Assembly: GCA_965287045.1 (NCBI GenBank)
Contig: OZ336878.1
Coordinates: forward strand, 38,936,001 to 39,000,000
DNA length: 64,000 bases
From: Carcharhinus amblyrhynchos
Taxonomy: Eukaryota
Reading direction: 5' to 3'
The number at the start of each line of letters is the position of its first letter. Position 1 is the first letter of the stretch. Below the pieces are notes generated by a model. That model had not been told where the DNA came from. It searched no databases and worked only from the letters and a program-made list of their open reading frames with translations. The translations under genes and the position numbers were made by a program. Below, in pieces: positions 36,301-49,566 of this stretch.

Positions 36301-39300
36301 ATTAAACCAACGCATCTCCTTTGTAAACAGTTTTGAGGCTAGTCTCCGAAAGATGTAGTGCACAGTCCGTCGTTTTAAGTGATCAATTAGTACTTTGTAG
36401 ATGTTTGTTCCTACAGTTGCCGTAGCCCCTTTCAGAATGGTCAGTGGTGCAGTTATAATAACATGCAACTTTTTTTTTCTCTTAAAGCCCCCTATTCACA
36501 TTACCTCAAAGTGCCTTTAACCGGCGCAGAGGTGCGAAGATAAAATTGTCTGACGCTTTAATCCATGCCCGAGGGGTTGGAAAATAAAGAGAGAGACAGA
36601 AATGGTCCTAAAAGAACCGAAAATCCACACAATAGCTGTGGGAATCTGGTCAGAGTTACTCATTTCGGGCTCTTCCCTGGAAATCCATCAATTAGAAATA
36701 AGAGCATTATTAAACGGAACTGGCGGATTTCTTTAAAGGTGAGGCTGTTTGCTTAAAAAGCCATTCACTTTCTAAACTTGAAGAGCTCCGACATGCTGCC
36801 AGCAGCGATTCTTGAAGGCGATTAAACAGAATGAATTGGGGCATGGACAGCCTTCTGTCAGATGTTGCTTTACCCCAACTCGTATAAGAACAATGTGCGA
36901 TCTTTGTTACGTGGGACTCTGTACTTTAAGAAATTTAGATAAAACCAGCTCAAATTTAACCATCTAATTGTACAAGACCCTAAATCCTTGCACATATATT
37001 ACAGACATGCACGTATGCTAATACGTTTTTACAATAAATCGCCGAAAATGGAATTTTTCTGGGAATATTGATTTGCATTCAACAGCAATTAGCTGGAGGT
37101 GATGTGAAGAAAATGATAACGCACAGAACAATTTATCAATGCAATATCAACGGATCAAATATGCATAAATTCAAACGCTATGCATTACATTGTAAACCTG
37201 ATTTAAACAGCCTTTAAAAATAGAACCAGAGTCGTCAACATAAACATTATAAAATGATATCTTGTAGCCACGTTGATCGATATTTCACATGCCTTTTAAT
37301 TGTAACGTATCGATTAAAATCACAGTACACCGATGAAAAATATAATTACCATTTAACTTAAATAGTTCCCTTGCAGTTCTACAAATAATTAAAACTAAAG
37401 AAAACTATATAGTCCAGTTCTGTATCTTTGCAGTTATTTTTATGTTTTGTGAACTGCCTTAAGGGAAGGATTGTATTTGTGAAGAGGACATTATCACATG
37501 CCCTTTGCTTCTCAAAGAGGTTAACAACCTAATGAACACTTAGTTAGGAGACGAAGCGTGCATAAGTGCTGGGTTTCCCAAAGCTTATCTGATGTTATAT
37601 GTGCTACTCTAACCTTGTAGTAACCTAATTGTTTCAGCTCCCGCTCCGGGGAGCGGCTCAATGGCAATCCGGGACTGGGCAGCCTTCAGGTGGGACAGCA
37701 GCAGCCAGCAAGCTGTGAGAATGCCGCACTAGGGAGCCGGGGTCAGCAACATGCTGCTACATATGTTGGGTCAATCTTTTCCTTTGTGAAAATTTAAAAA
37801 CCTGGAAAAACTCAATCGTCTATGGGTTTTAAGAAAATGTTCCTGGATTTGGTCCAGAATAGCTGAGAAAGAATAACTTGTTCAAAGGTGGATTGTTTGA
37901 AGGAAGAAGTGACTCAGTCACACTGAAACTATGGTTCGATTTAAACCGAGACCATAATAAACACGGGTTAACCAAATATAAAGCCGCTTTTACAATCTAC
38001 CGCCTTCTAAAGGCTAACCCATTTAACAAGATGAAGTTTGACAGTTAGTGCTGCATTTATACTTATGTATATGCATGATGATGTGTGCACACGTTTTGTT
38101 TGCATGTACAATACAAAAGAGTGCATGTACTTCAGCTGCTTATATAACTCGATTCTTTTCATGTTTTAACATAATGCATGAAGAATCCTATGCTGAATGG
38201 CTCAAGTAATTCGTAATTCGTTTCCTAATGTTATCGATATTGAATTTCAAAACAAAAATTAAAAACCAAAACATCCCTTTCTTAAGTATTTGCCGCGTTG
38301 ACACGGAATAAGATTCAGTATCTTGAAATATGAAATGTAGATTTAATTTGCAGACATTGTCAATATGTAACATTCAGGACGATAGCAATGATCCTTAAAA
38401 AAATCTTTATGTTGTAATTCGAACCGTCTGAAACATGGTAATCAGCACATAGATATCATCACGCAGTTGATGTCAGTGTGCAAAAAAAATTAAATATTGT
38501 GTAAATCTAGATGAGTGACGTTTGTGAAAGCGAGCATCAAAATCGGATGTCTTCGAGGTAATTTTCATGCGTGTAAGATTCGTCCTGAGATAATTACTTT
38601 TAATGTCAAAAAGATTTAGTTTAATATCATCTCTATTAGACTCTTGGCTGGGTAATTAAAGGTGCAGATTAAACCAGCGGGAAACAGATGGCATTTACTT
38701 ACACTGATTCATTCAGTAAACAATGAAAAAGTCAATGGAACAGCCCTGGAACAAATGAAACCTTAAAGACCACTTACATTAGCAGGTACATGAGGACTGT
38801 CATCTGTCAAAAGGAGTGAGGACGGATAATAAACACTTACGGATAATTCCAGCAGAGAGAAAAAAAAGAGTACTTGCATAAGCATTAATACTGGGCAGTT
38901 TTGTTACTGAATTGACAGGCAGATATGAGAATAACTACCAGAAGAAGAAAACCATTAATAACAACTTTTCAAAGGATAGATACGTAATTTAGTTAAATTC
39001 AAACTGTGTGCATGTGTCAGTACATTTGAAAGAATAGATAATAGGTACATACTTGAAAGGATCCTGGTATGTGGTTTTTCTAAAAAAATAGCAGAGAAGA
39101 TATAAAAGAGTGCATATTGATAAGTCCTGATTGTTTTAATAAACGCATTTATTAAATATAAACCAACTTTCAACATTATGATTTGGAATGGATACGGCTG
39201 TCTCCATAGATGAGTGATATTTTTTAAAGCAACACAGCCCGTGTATTAGTAAACTAGCATTATTATTGAATGGTGTGGGTGCATTCATCTCGACATTTCT

Positions 39301-42300
39301 CCGTTAAAGCAGATAAGCTTGTTTTAATACATATCTAGTTGTAGATGTATTGATTTGTGTATTGCTGCAAATGTTTTTTAAATAATTTTGGGAGGGTTCA
39401 GCAATATCTGATCTCGGCCTGATCCTACTGCAGAACAACTCCGAAAAGGAGAAACACTGACAACAGTATTTTTCTTCGATGGCCACACGGTCGACATACT
39501 TTTATTGATGCAAAATGGTGTGATTGTACAGGATATCAACTGAGTCAGTTCGTCTTACCCTTTCGGTACGAATGAATTTAGATCTAGATTTTAAAAAAAG
39601 AACAAATAGACCATTAAAAGTAAGCAGTTCCCAGCGTTTACCGCTATAGGACAAAATATAGAGTATTATTTTTCATTCTTAACATGTCATGCTAATAACA
39701 TTTGCAACCATAGCTAAAAACTGCAACGTTTCTTCACTTTATGGTTCCACCGTTTGTAACAATATGTATAGACATTCTACTTTTTAGCTAATTATTTACC
39801 ACCGTCATTTCACTGTCAAAGTTATTTCAACCCGTGTCTTGATTAAGCCGCGTTTAAACTTTCCCTGATATACCCGCTGCTTGATTTTGACCAAATTTTA
39901 TGCTTTTGTATCAAAATGAAAGATTGCACCGATTAAAGTGGATTGTACCTTTAAGGCCATTGCCTTTAAAAAAATCTAATCGAGAAACGGCCCTTTATGT
40001 CAACCTGAAACGAACCGTGATGCCATTTTAAACGAATGCTTTTAGTGTCTGTAATCGCGAACAGATTGAAAAGGATGAGTAAATACCTAAATTGCGGGCA
40101 GAAAAAATAGAATTATTTTTCCCTTCACGGATGCTGACTGGCTGGCTGTGTATTTCAGTAACTTGTGTTCTCAACGCTGCTGGTACATTTTTGAAGCAAT
40201 ACTTTGAAACCATCTGCGTACTCAAACTATCAGAAAATGTTAAGATCAATGTAGAAAGTGTTTGCAATCTGCCGCAAGACAGTCAGCCTGCACATTTCCG
40301 ATAGCCCCTACAGAAAGGGAGATTAAATCGTCTAGTGGAACGTTCCTCGTTACATAATAATTCGATTTTCAAACCCAAAACAACCACATTATATTCTCCC
40401 AAGCCAAGGACTTTATCATTTCACGTATCCAATTAGCAGTCAATATCACGTGAATTACATAACCACATAGACCTGTAATCCTGCCCTTGCTTTCTCTTAA
40501 TTAAAACCGCGTCCCGCAATTCTTTGGTATCGAGGCGCGAAATTTGCTCCAAAGAATCTAGTCGATTCAGGTTAAACGATGCATCTTGCAGTGAATAAAA
40601 GCGAACGGCGGATGAAATTACTAGTTAAATTAGCCCGGCCGCTCTAATAAGGGAGGAGGTGTCTGGCAGCTGATTGATTTATGTTAGTTTGAAGACTGGC
40701 ATCTCGGCGGGACCTTTTCAAATCCAGAGCATTTTTTTTGTTTGGCTGTTGCTTCGGCCAATGTCGGCTACCCTCGATTTAGACTGTTGTTTCCGACAAC
40801 CTTGTAACATTGTTTAGGTATACTGTGCTGTAAACGGTAAAGGAAGGACAATTAATTCACTCAGGTGGAGAGCTAGGCATGTTTTGTCAATTAATCTTAA
40901 TTATCACCAATTATGAAAACAAAATAAAGCGCACTCGAATGTTTGACACGGCTGTTCTGAAGGCAAAATCTTTCAGCTCCAGCAGACATTGACCCAGCTT
41001 GTGGCTGGGATCTGCCTTAAATAATCAAACATAACACAGATATTTCACAGGATGGCAAGCTTTAATAGAAATGCCGCACTTAATTAGGGAGCTGTCACAG
41101 ACAGTTCTTTAAAATATTAATTCAGTCTAATATTTATTTTTACATTTCAATAAGGCAGTTCACGCGCGACAGATATTTTGGGAGTTTCACTATCCCAGAT
41201 TCGCAACTCAATGTTACTCGGAAGCCGTTCACTTGGAGTAGATGAATAACACTTTTCCTTCTGCCCCTTTTGTGTCTTTAGTCGGAGGGGGTAAAACCAC
41301 ACGGTTTGGTGGAAGTCATGAAATCAGGTTGCACATTTTATGATGTTTAAACGAGGGCAGATGGGAGCAACAGTAAATACTCATCGGCCATTTCCGGGAA
41401 CGTATCTCTGCAGCGACGTGAATTGCATTGCTTCACTCTCGTCATTCACCCGTTGCTCTACCACCCGGGACATTGCCGGATTTATTTCTTTGGGAAGAGG
41501 GAGCAGAAGGGTTCTTTTGGCGGAATTTTTCGTCTAAAATTATTTGTTGTCTTACGATGGCGAAAGTGCATTTTTTTAAAAAATTACTGATATAGTAAAA
41601 CTCTTTTGGTCGTCCACTTATGCACGACCAAGACGCCCACTTAGGCACGACATGAACTGTTTTCTCGTTTGTTATATCAATATATCTCGGAGGAAATTAA
41701 CAAACCCCTTAAAGGAATTTCATTTCTTTTCAGGTCTAGATCACTTTACTTTGCCTTCCTTCTAACACTATCACGCTTGAGTAATGTCAGTATTACCCAT
41801 TTTAAGATATATGAAACTTACTGACGAATTATTGATTCGATGATATGGTCTCGTGCGAATTTTAAAGTTAAAATTGCTTCGTTTCATCAAAACTGGTTGA
41901 AAGAAATTGAATTTTTCTTCGCCCCCCCAAAGCAGTCTACAACCAATGAGTTAAATCGATCTGACAATGAGAGCAATGCCCAAGTTGGGATGCACGGATC
42001 TCAAAAATATGAACTAAAGTGTGCTATTCCTTCCAAAAGCTGCATGTGTTGATGCAGCAGACTGATTTTTTTTAAAAAAAACCTTTTGCAATCAGCAGAG
42101 GAAATAATTAATAAAGTATACTTGTTACTTACCCAGAATTCAACGTCTGGGTTACTTGGTAATTACATCATCATGATAACGACTGCCTGTAAAAGAAAGT
42201 AGAACTTAATTTTTTTTAAAGTAACCATTGGTAAAAGCCTTAATGTCTCTCAACTGCACCGAGTATAAAATAAAGGCTAAAAACAGCCGTTCAAGTTTGG

Positions 42301-42379
42301 TATGGTAACAGTTGCACCTATAAGATACTGTTGTAATGTTCACTTGGTTATTTTCGAGGGTTCAGGTGGACACTAGGTA

Positions 42380-42470
42380 ACAGTAACCATAACCAATCAG
42401 AAGTGTGCTTTCACCCGCGTGCCATTCGGCCAATCGCAGGCGCCACATGTTGTCAATTTCATTCTAATGA
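42380..42470 (+). promoter_or_regulatory. DMRTA2: Probable DMRTA2 promoter with paired CCAAT boxes
   Basis: aaCCAATcag (42393-42397) and ggCCAATcgc (42430-42434), both in good NF-Y context, 37 bp apart and ~300 bp upstream of the ATG. Confidence 0.6.
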
Positions 42471-42722
42471 AAACGTAAGGAGTAACAATAGGGAGAGTGC
42501 GAGTGTGAACTCATTGAGCCTCTGTATCCAGCAGTATTAATGCTAATGTCATACATATCATCGCCTTCTTCCCACACAGCTCTTAGTGCCTTCCCTACGC
42601 ATTAATACGTGGCGGTCTCACCGGTTTCCAGCAGAGTTTGAGAACTAGGGTTTTTTTTAGGGAGGGAGGTTGGAATCTGAAGCAACCGTTTCAAGTTTAG
42701 CAGCAATCTCTTGTGAAAAGTA

Positions 42723-43146
42723 ATGGAATTGCGCACGGAGCTTTCTGCCACCCAGACTACTCCGACAGCCATACCTGTGTCAGTGTCGGGGACTCTCCTC
42801 CGCGCTCCGCCTTTGCTGCTACGTGCCACCGAAAAGTACCCGAGGACTCCCAAGTGCGCCCGATGCAGAAACCACGGGGTCGTCTCAGCGCTGAAGGGCC
42901 ACAAACGCTACTGTCGCTGGAAGGATTGCATGTGCGCCAAGTGCACCCTGATCGCCGAGAGGCAGAGAGTGATGGCGGCTCAGGTAGCTCTGAGGAGGCA
43001 GCAGGCACAGGAAGAGAACGAAGCCCGAGAGCTGCAACTTCTGTACGGGACGGCAGAAGGATTGGCCATCGCAGCCGCCAACGGCATGATCCCGTCCCGA
43101 TCTTCTTACGACGTGTTTGGTTCGGTCTGCTCCGAGGGTAACACAG
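42723..43146 (+). CDS. DMRTA2: Doublesex/mab-3-related transcription factor A2 (DMRT5), coding exon 1 with DM zinc-binding domain
   Basis: MELRTEL...[85 protein letters not shown]; Kozak gtaATGG; phase-1 donor ACAG|gtaaaa. Confidence 0.97.
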
Positions 43147-44532
43147 GTAAAAAAAAGATTATTTTCCAAAAGTTTTGAAAACTTTTATCTGGTCGATTGA
43201 AAATTGCCTGTTCACTCTCACAGTGATTAATCTCAGAGAGATAAATTCAAAATCCAGATGATGAATCCGTTTTTGTAGAAAGGTTTCTGCCTCAAAAATC
43301 TTGCGTTTATTTAAGAACATGATAATAAAACTTTTATAATTATTCAATGTGTACCTTGTTTGATGAGTTATTTTAACATGTCCAAATCAATTAGGTAATG
43401 GTTTTTCAAGATCAAATTTACTAACTCGGGAAGTTTGATCTTGAGAGAAGATTTAGACAAGTTCACATCGCCCTGGCCTCTCCTGCCATTCACACTCAGT
43501 GGAGTTTTCCTTAGGCCGCGGATGTGCAATGTAATTCTGTAAAACCTGATTTAGTGGATACCTCGCCCGTTATGTTCTTATGTTTTAGAATCTAAACTTT
43601 CAACTCAGTATGATTTAGATTAAAAAAAGACATTTTTCTGCTGTGGAAATTGGCGTGTAATTGACCAATTATTGGGATTGCATTATCTCAGTGATGATGA
43701 TACCTATTCTCTTCAGAGAACATTGTTGTATTTCTGTCCACTTCCCGCCTACAGATTAAAGAGTATTTATACCATTTTATGGTGCATAAAAGAATAGGAA
43801 TAATGTGAATTTGCCGCCTATCCAAATGTAAACCGACACACACAAGGCAATCGGTTTAACAACATTTGATTACAGCACACGCTATTTCCTGTAAATCCAC
43901 ATTGTGAAATAATGAAATGCCATTTAGTAATGCATGAAACTAATTAACATATCGGGAGAATTGGTTTATTTCAGAATAATTTGCACAACAATTTGTCTTA
44001 ATCTTAAAACACCGCGGTGTTTGTTTTCCCCTCCTTGAGTAAATCTTCAAATGGATCGTTATCAGATTCGTTCAATGGGAGAAGCCGTTTACCAGACCTT
44101 AATTTGAAAAATAACATTATTCAATTAAAAGTAATGATTAAGAAGCAAAGTAATTCCAAATACTATTTAAATAGAGCGCTTACAAAAAAATGTTTGAATA
44201 ATCACTCCTTACTTGGGGAGCGGCTTCAAGTTCTGAAAAATCTAATATTAGGAATTGTTATAAATTTTTACTGTCATATTTCGCCCTCTGACTCTGAAAG
44301 CAGTTTATTCAAGCGCAGTACATATAATGGTAAATAAAATTACCAATGTCAAGTTGTTAATTGTCAGATGTAACCTGAGCATGCCATCAGGAACTTTCAG
44401 AATTCCACTGTTTCTTTCTTATTTACAACTGGTCATGTCTTTATAAAGAATGACTGACTGTAGGAGAATCTTCCAGAAAAATACCACATTGGATTACAAT
44501 AGTTTAAAACATTTTGCATCTTTGATTTGCAG
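43147..44532 (+). other. DMRTA2: DMRTA2 intron (1386 bp, GT-AG, phase 1)
   Basis: gtaaaa...tttgatttgcag; splicing gives G+AA (Glu) in frame with the exon 2 ORF. Confidence 0.92.
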
Positions 44533-45404
44533 AAACTAAACTCCAGAAGTACGAATTATTTCAAAAGAGTTTATTGCCACGGGCGGGAACTCCACAGCAG
44601 TCCTTAGTCAAGCCCATAGTCGGGGACAGCGAGTCGGGGACTGGCAGTGTTCCTGGGACTTCATCGCCAGATATTCGCCACGGATCTGGGTCCGAGAACG
44701 GAGACGGAGAATCATTCCTTAGCTCTCCCATCTGTAAGGTTCTTAAAGAAGGGCAGGATAGTCCAAGGACCATCACGCCACTGGGCTCTGATTCTGGGTC
44801 AGAGGCAGAAAAGGACGAGAGAGACGGCACCCCCTCCACGGGTGCCCGTCAGAGGACTCCCATTGAAATTCTAACCAGAGTCTTTCCTTCGCACAAGAGA
44901 AGCGTTCTGGAGCTGGTCCTGCAAGGTTGCGCAGGGGATATTGTCCAAGCCATCGAGCAGATTCTCAACAACAGAGAGCAAGAAAAGGTTTCCGAAGAAA
45001 CTTGGCACCGTGACAGGACTCATCAGACTGTCCAAGGACCTACATCACATCGACCTCTGGTTGCTGGGGCCGTGCCTCCTGCCATTGGGACTCTGGGCAA
45101 CAGGTCCGCGTTCTCACCTCTGCAGCCCAATGCGGCCCATTTTACTACAGATCCCAACGCCTATGCCATTGGGCCACATCTAGGACTCAATCCTCTTCGC
45201 TTAGCATATTCAGCCCATAGTAGGGGACTTGCTTTCATGACGCCTTACTCCACAACCGGCCTTGTCCCAACACTGGGCTTTCGTCCACCAATGGATTACG
45301 CCTTCAGCGACCTCATGCGAGATAGGTCCAACTTACACAAAGATCAAGTATACACTAATGGACTTTACGGATCAGTTGTAAATAATAACCCGGATAAACA
45401 GTAA
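44533..45404 (+). CDS. DMRTA2: DMRTA2 coding exon 2 (DMA domain and conserved C-terminus); spliced protein 431 aa
   Basis: [41 protein letters not shown] (DMA domain), [16 protein letters not shown]...[18 protein letters not shown]; stop TAA at 45402-45404. Confidence 0.97.
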
Positions 45405-46045
45405 GTTGCAACACTGAGGCGTCTTAAAATTTCACAAAGCAAAGGCCGGATTGTTATTAATTGCTCCGCGCCTATGTGGTTATGTTAGAACATGCAGAGG
45501 AGAAAGTTAAATATTTAATAATAATAAACATGATTGTACAATTAAAGTGCTAACGTGCAATTTTGTTAACGGTATATTTCGCTGGTATTGTAATTCATAG
45601 CCATAATCACAGAATTCCTTTGATTGTGTACTTAGCTACTCAAGTGTAATGTCTATAAGCAAAACTGAATTAATCCTAAATTATTAATGTAATATGTAGA
45701 GATTACGATATTCTAACGGAAGAGCGGACAATGTTCTACGTACCTGGTTAAGGTGCAGGTTAAATATATTATAGGTTTTTGAGTTAGGACTTGTTTTTGC
45801 AACTGTTTCTTTCAACTAGACGTCGGGAAATGTGTACATATCAAACGTAAAGGAAACTAGCTGCATTTGTAATTGTATGTAGAAAAAGGCTACAACAAGA
45901 TGTAGTGTAATGTTCATTCATACATTTGCATTGTATATAGAAGCTTGGTGCTGACCCGTGTTGATTCTAGCATTTATTTTTCGTGTAAACAGTCAAAGTT
46001 ATGTGCTTGCATTTGATAGAAATAAAAGTTATTTTGTGAACACAT
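45405..46045 (+). other. DMRTA2: DMRTA2 3' UTR with poly(A) signals
   Basis: AU-rich; AATAAA at 45523-45528 and at 46021-46026, the latter followed by a GT-rich tract (tgtgtttt) ~30 nt downstream. Confidence 0.6.
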
Positions 46046-46437
46046 TTCTGGACATGTGTTTTGACTTAAAGCTGTAGCTGGACTAAAGCTGGACAGCACA
46101 ATGTTTGAATATGTTCCGTTGGTTTCTTATCAAGTGGAAACGCAGAAAGAGTATTTAGCTGTGGGAAATCGAAATCAGGTGTCCAATTCCGAAAATGTTA
46201 AAGGAATTTTCTGATGTCAGCGAATGCACAGAGTTAGTGGGGTGTTGTGCTATCAAGCTTACCTCGAACTGTTTCGAAAAACATTAAAGAAAAAAACCAC
46301 CATTGGGTTCATGAAATGCATGGATGTAACTCGCTCTGAAGAGTACACTCAATTGACATTAAAACTTTATGACTGTCCTACATATAATAAAGAGTGGCTT
46401 GCTGTATTGAATTAAGATTGCACAACTCATCAAACTC

Positions 46438-46451
46438 GTAACCATGGCAAC
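46438..46451. promoter_or_regulatory. RFX X-box motif
   Basis: GTAACCATGGCAAC, close to the GTTGCCATGGCAAC palindromic consensus. Confidence 0.5.
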
Positions 46452-49400
46452 CTAATCCTGCTAAACGGCACTCTGGCTCAGTTGATCTATTTACTTTCTT
46501 GCATCAAGTATGACTGGGTAAACATCATGTCTAAAAGGACAATGTTGAACTTACAGCTACCGCTCATATATTGGTGCCCAAAAAGAGAAATATGAAGCCT
46601 TTTTGAAACTTCTATCAACTGCTCGGAACCCCCGGATTGATTTCCCCCCTCCCATGTTTATTTTTCCCCAATTTTTAGTTTCACAGACCAACATGGTCCT
46701 CGAATTAGTTAAAAAAATCTGCTATTTTAATGGACCCCATACAATAATCCCGTCAATTACTGCGGCACCCATTTTGCAAGTAGTCGGGCAATGTTACAAA
46801 ACTCTTCCTGGATCTTACAGTCAGTGAAACATAATATGGCTACAATACAACGATTTAATAAACCGGGCTTTAATAGCAGGCTAACTTGATTGGGATGCCT
46901 AATTCCACTTTAATTGGAAAAAACACTGTATTTAAGATGGTAGCAGAGTGTCGGTACCAGGAAAGTGGCCAACATCTGAATAAACCTTCACAGCTGAATT
47001 TGTTCAGGATGAGTTTCTGTATCTGGGATTACTGCCGTGGGCGTCAGGACTCAGAGAGAATTGCCACCGCGGTTATATAAGGTCACATCATTTTTATCTT
47101 TTCACTCGGTGCCTGTCAAGGCTTTTCCAATCATCATTGAATATTCCACCTATTTTAAAACAGCAGTGTTGTAATTAATCCGACATCATGGTCAACAAAA
47201 CTGCACCACCTTTGATGCCACGTTGATTCGGTATTTAATAAAACATATTTCATATTTATAAACATCGCCATCATGTAATATTATGGGACCATCAACTTGA
47301 TATATTCACGAAATACATTCAGACAGGGCAATAAGAAACCCACTCAAGTGCAGATTTGGATAGCTTTGTAATCAGAACTGGTTAGAAAACTTAGGTTTTA
47401 GAGAATTAAAACCAAACTATTTACCAGAAGCTCTTCACGTCTTGAAATATAAAATGTCATTATTCAATAGCTTACAACATCAAAAACAATACAAAATACT
47501 AACTGCCAGGGCAATTATTTTTTAAAATATTCACCGTGGAAACCGAAATCAAATAGCGTTTAAGTATCTCTTTCCACGGTGTGTAACGGACATGTAAATG
47601 CTATTTGAAGGGACTTACACCTTTCGATATATTTAACTTTTTGATGCCTGTTCGGAGAATATGTTTGAAAATTATAATTACAAGTACTGGATCACTATTA
47701 CATAAAGCGAAGGCAATTAGAAGTCTTTATTTAGGCACTTTGAATTATTCTCAAGTTAAAACAATAGACATGGTCTTTGCTGTATTAGCAAAGAAGAAAG
47801 TCAATTTCCTAAAGCCGTTAAAACACTTAACTGCACCAGGAAACACTTCATAAATTTACACGGCCATTAAACGTTTGTCTTACAAAAAAAATCCCTGGTT
47901 GCTTTCAAGGGCCTTCGTTACGTTATTTGCATTTAATGAAGATTTTGTAACAACAAATTATCGAAGTATTTTCACGTTTCTGTTATTTAAAACAGTTTAT
48001 TAATTTGGGGAGCAAATATTCTGCAAGAACTCAGACAACAGACTGAACCAAAGCATTGTATGAAAGGTGTTTCTGTCCCGGATCATTAAACAAACTTTGA
48101 ATTTGCGAGACCGACAACAAGAAGCAAATTAATATCGCAGCGACAGGTTAAGGAAAAGTGCTGGTTAAAGTTGGTGACGTGCATTGAAATGGGCGACCGC
48201 ATCAGTTCCGATATTTGCTCATAAATCACAGGATCACAAAATAAAAGGTTTCTAAATTTCCAAGGTATTCAGTACATTTCAAGTGTAATACGAACTCCAA
48301 GATCATTTCCCATTTTGCATTCACCGCCAACAATGCACATCAGAGGGCTGGCTTTCTCACCAAAGTAACAAGGGGACCGGTTTTACATTCTGCAGTGGGA
48401 AAAGTTGAAGTTTAAAGTTTTATTGAATTTCACAGGAGGACTTTGCAGCTAAGAAAGTTTTATTTTTCGGGAAATAACCCCGATTTTGTACATGTCTTCA
48501 CATCGAGAATGTGGGGGCTTGGCAAATCCCTCTGTGCGATTACTGCTCGAGTCACGGTTCGTACAGCTGGCTGGTTTGTTTAAACCACCGATTGTGCCCG
48601 TGGTTGTTTTACATTTAAGAAATATTTAGCATTATAAATTCACTAGGAAGACCATGCGAACTTAAACACGGCGCACAAATCATGTGGAGTAGTGTAATTA
48701 ATTTGTCTTTTTGGGGTAGAAGTTGTGTTAGGTGTCTGAAATGTAGACAGACATCGGCAAGCCGCCTTTCTGTGTTTGATACAGTGTAAAACAGGAAAAT
48801 AAAACTTGACAAACTTACTGGCGCTACTCAGAGTTCAATCAGCAGCAGGTTAGAATCTCGAAATATTCCTCAAGAACTCAGCAGCAGACTGGACTATTCG
48901 AGCTCAGAAAAAAAAGGCGACGAGTTTAGCTGTTCAAAGGGTAGAACTGGATTTTCATCAATTTCAGGAACACTGCCGATCTTTACCTGGAGAATGTATT
49001 CACTTCAGGTCAGAAAGATTCGTTATTTTGATGACACAAATACTTCACACACTCCTTTCATTCAAGTCTTTACTTATTTTCATCTTATCGTGGACACAAT
49101 GTAAATAAAATAAACACATCAAGTAAAAGAAGGAAAGTTTAGTTGGTAGAATGGTAACAAGGCGCCCGGGTACTATTAACGGCAAGTGTTTAAAAATGTG
49201 GGTGATATAAATTGAAAACCACACGTTCCGCAGGCCTGTCAGACGAGGGAAGGATTGCTCAACAGCGGAATCAGTTGTGACATTTATTACTTAAAATTGT
49301 AATTTTAAGATGAGTGAGAGCTTGGAGTTGGAGAGGCAAATCAAATCAGTGCAGGTACGTAGTGACAAAGCTATTTTGTCGCGGCACATTGTAGATTGCT

Positions 49401-49566
49401 ACAGTTCTTTTCCTTTTATGCTTTGCACTAATTATGATGTTGAAACGATATTTAATTACAAATGCCACCCCATATTATTGGTGAAAATTACTTTGCTCAG
49501 GATTTACAATGAAAGAAATAAGCATTGAATTCAAAGCGCCTCCCTCTTCCGGCTTGTTTTGTGCTT

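Noticed and set aside
42602-43169. Alternative-frame and antisense ORFs over DMRTA2 exon 1 (also over exon 2)
   Set aside because: Expected shadows of a GC-rich coding exon; no independent support.
43147-43178. C-terminal [10 protein letters not shown] of ORF 42723..43178, and the TTG start of ORF 44574..45404, as separate proteins
   Set aside because: Both are artefacts of unspliced ORF calling; a GT-AG intron joins them into one DMRTA2 frame.
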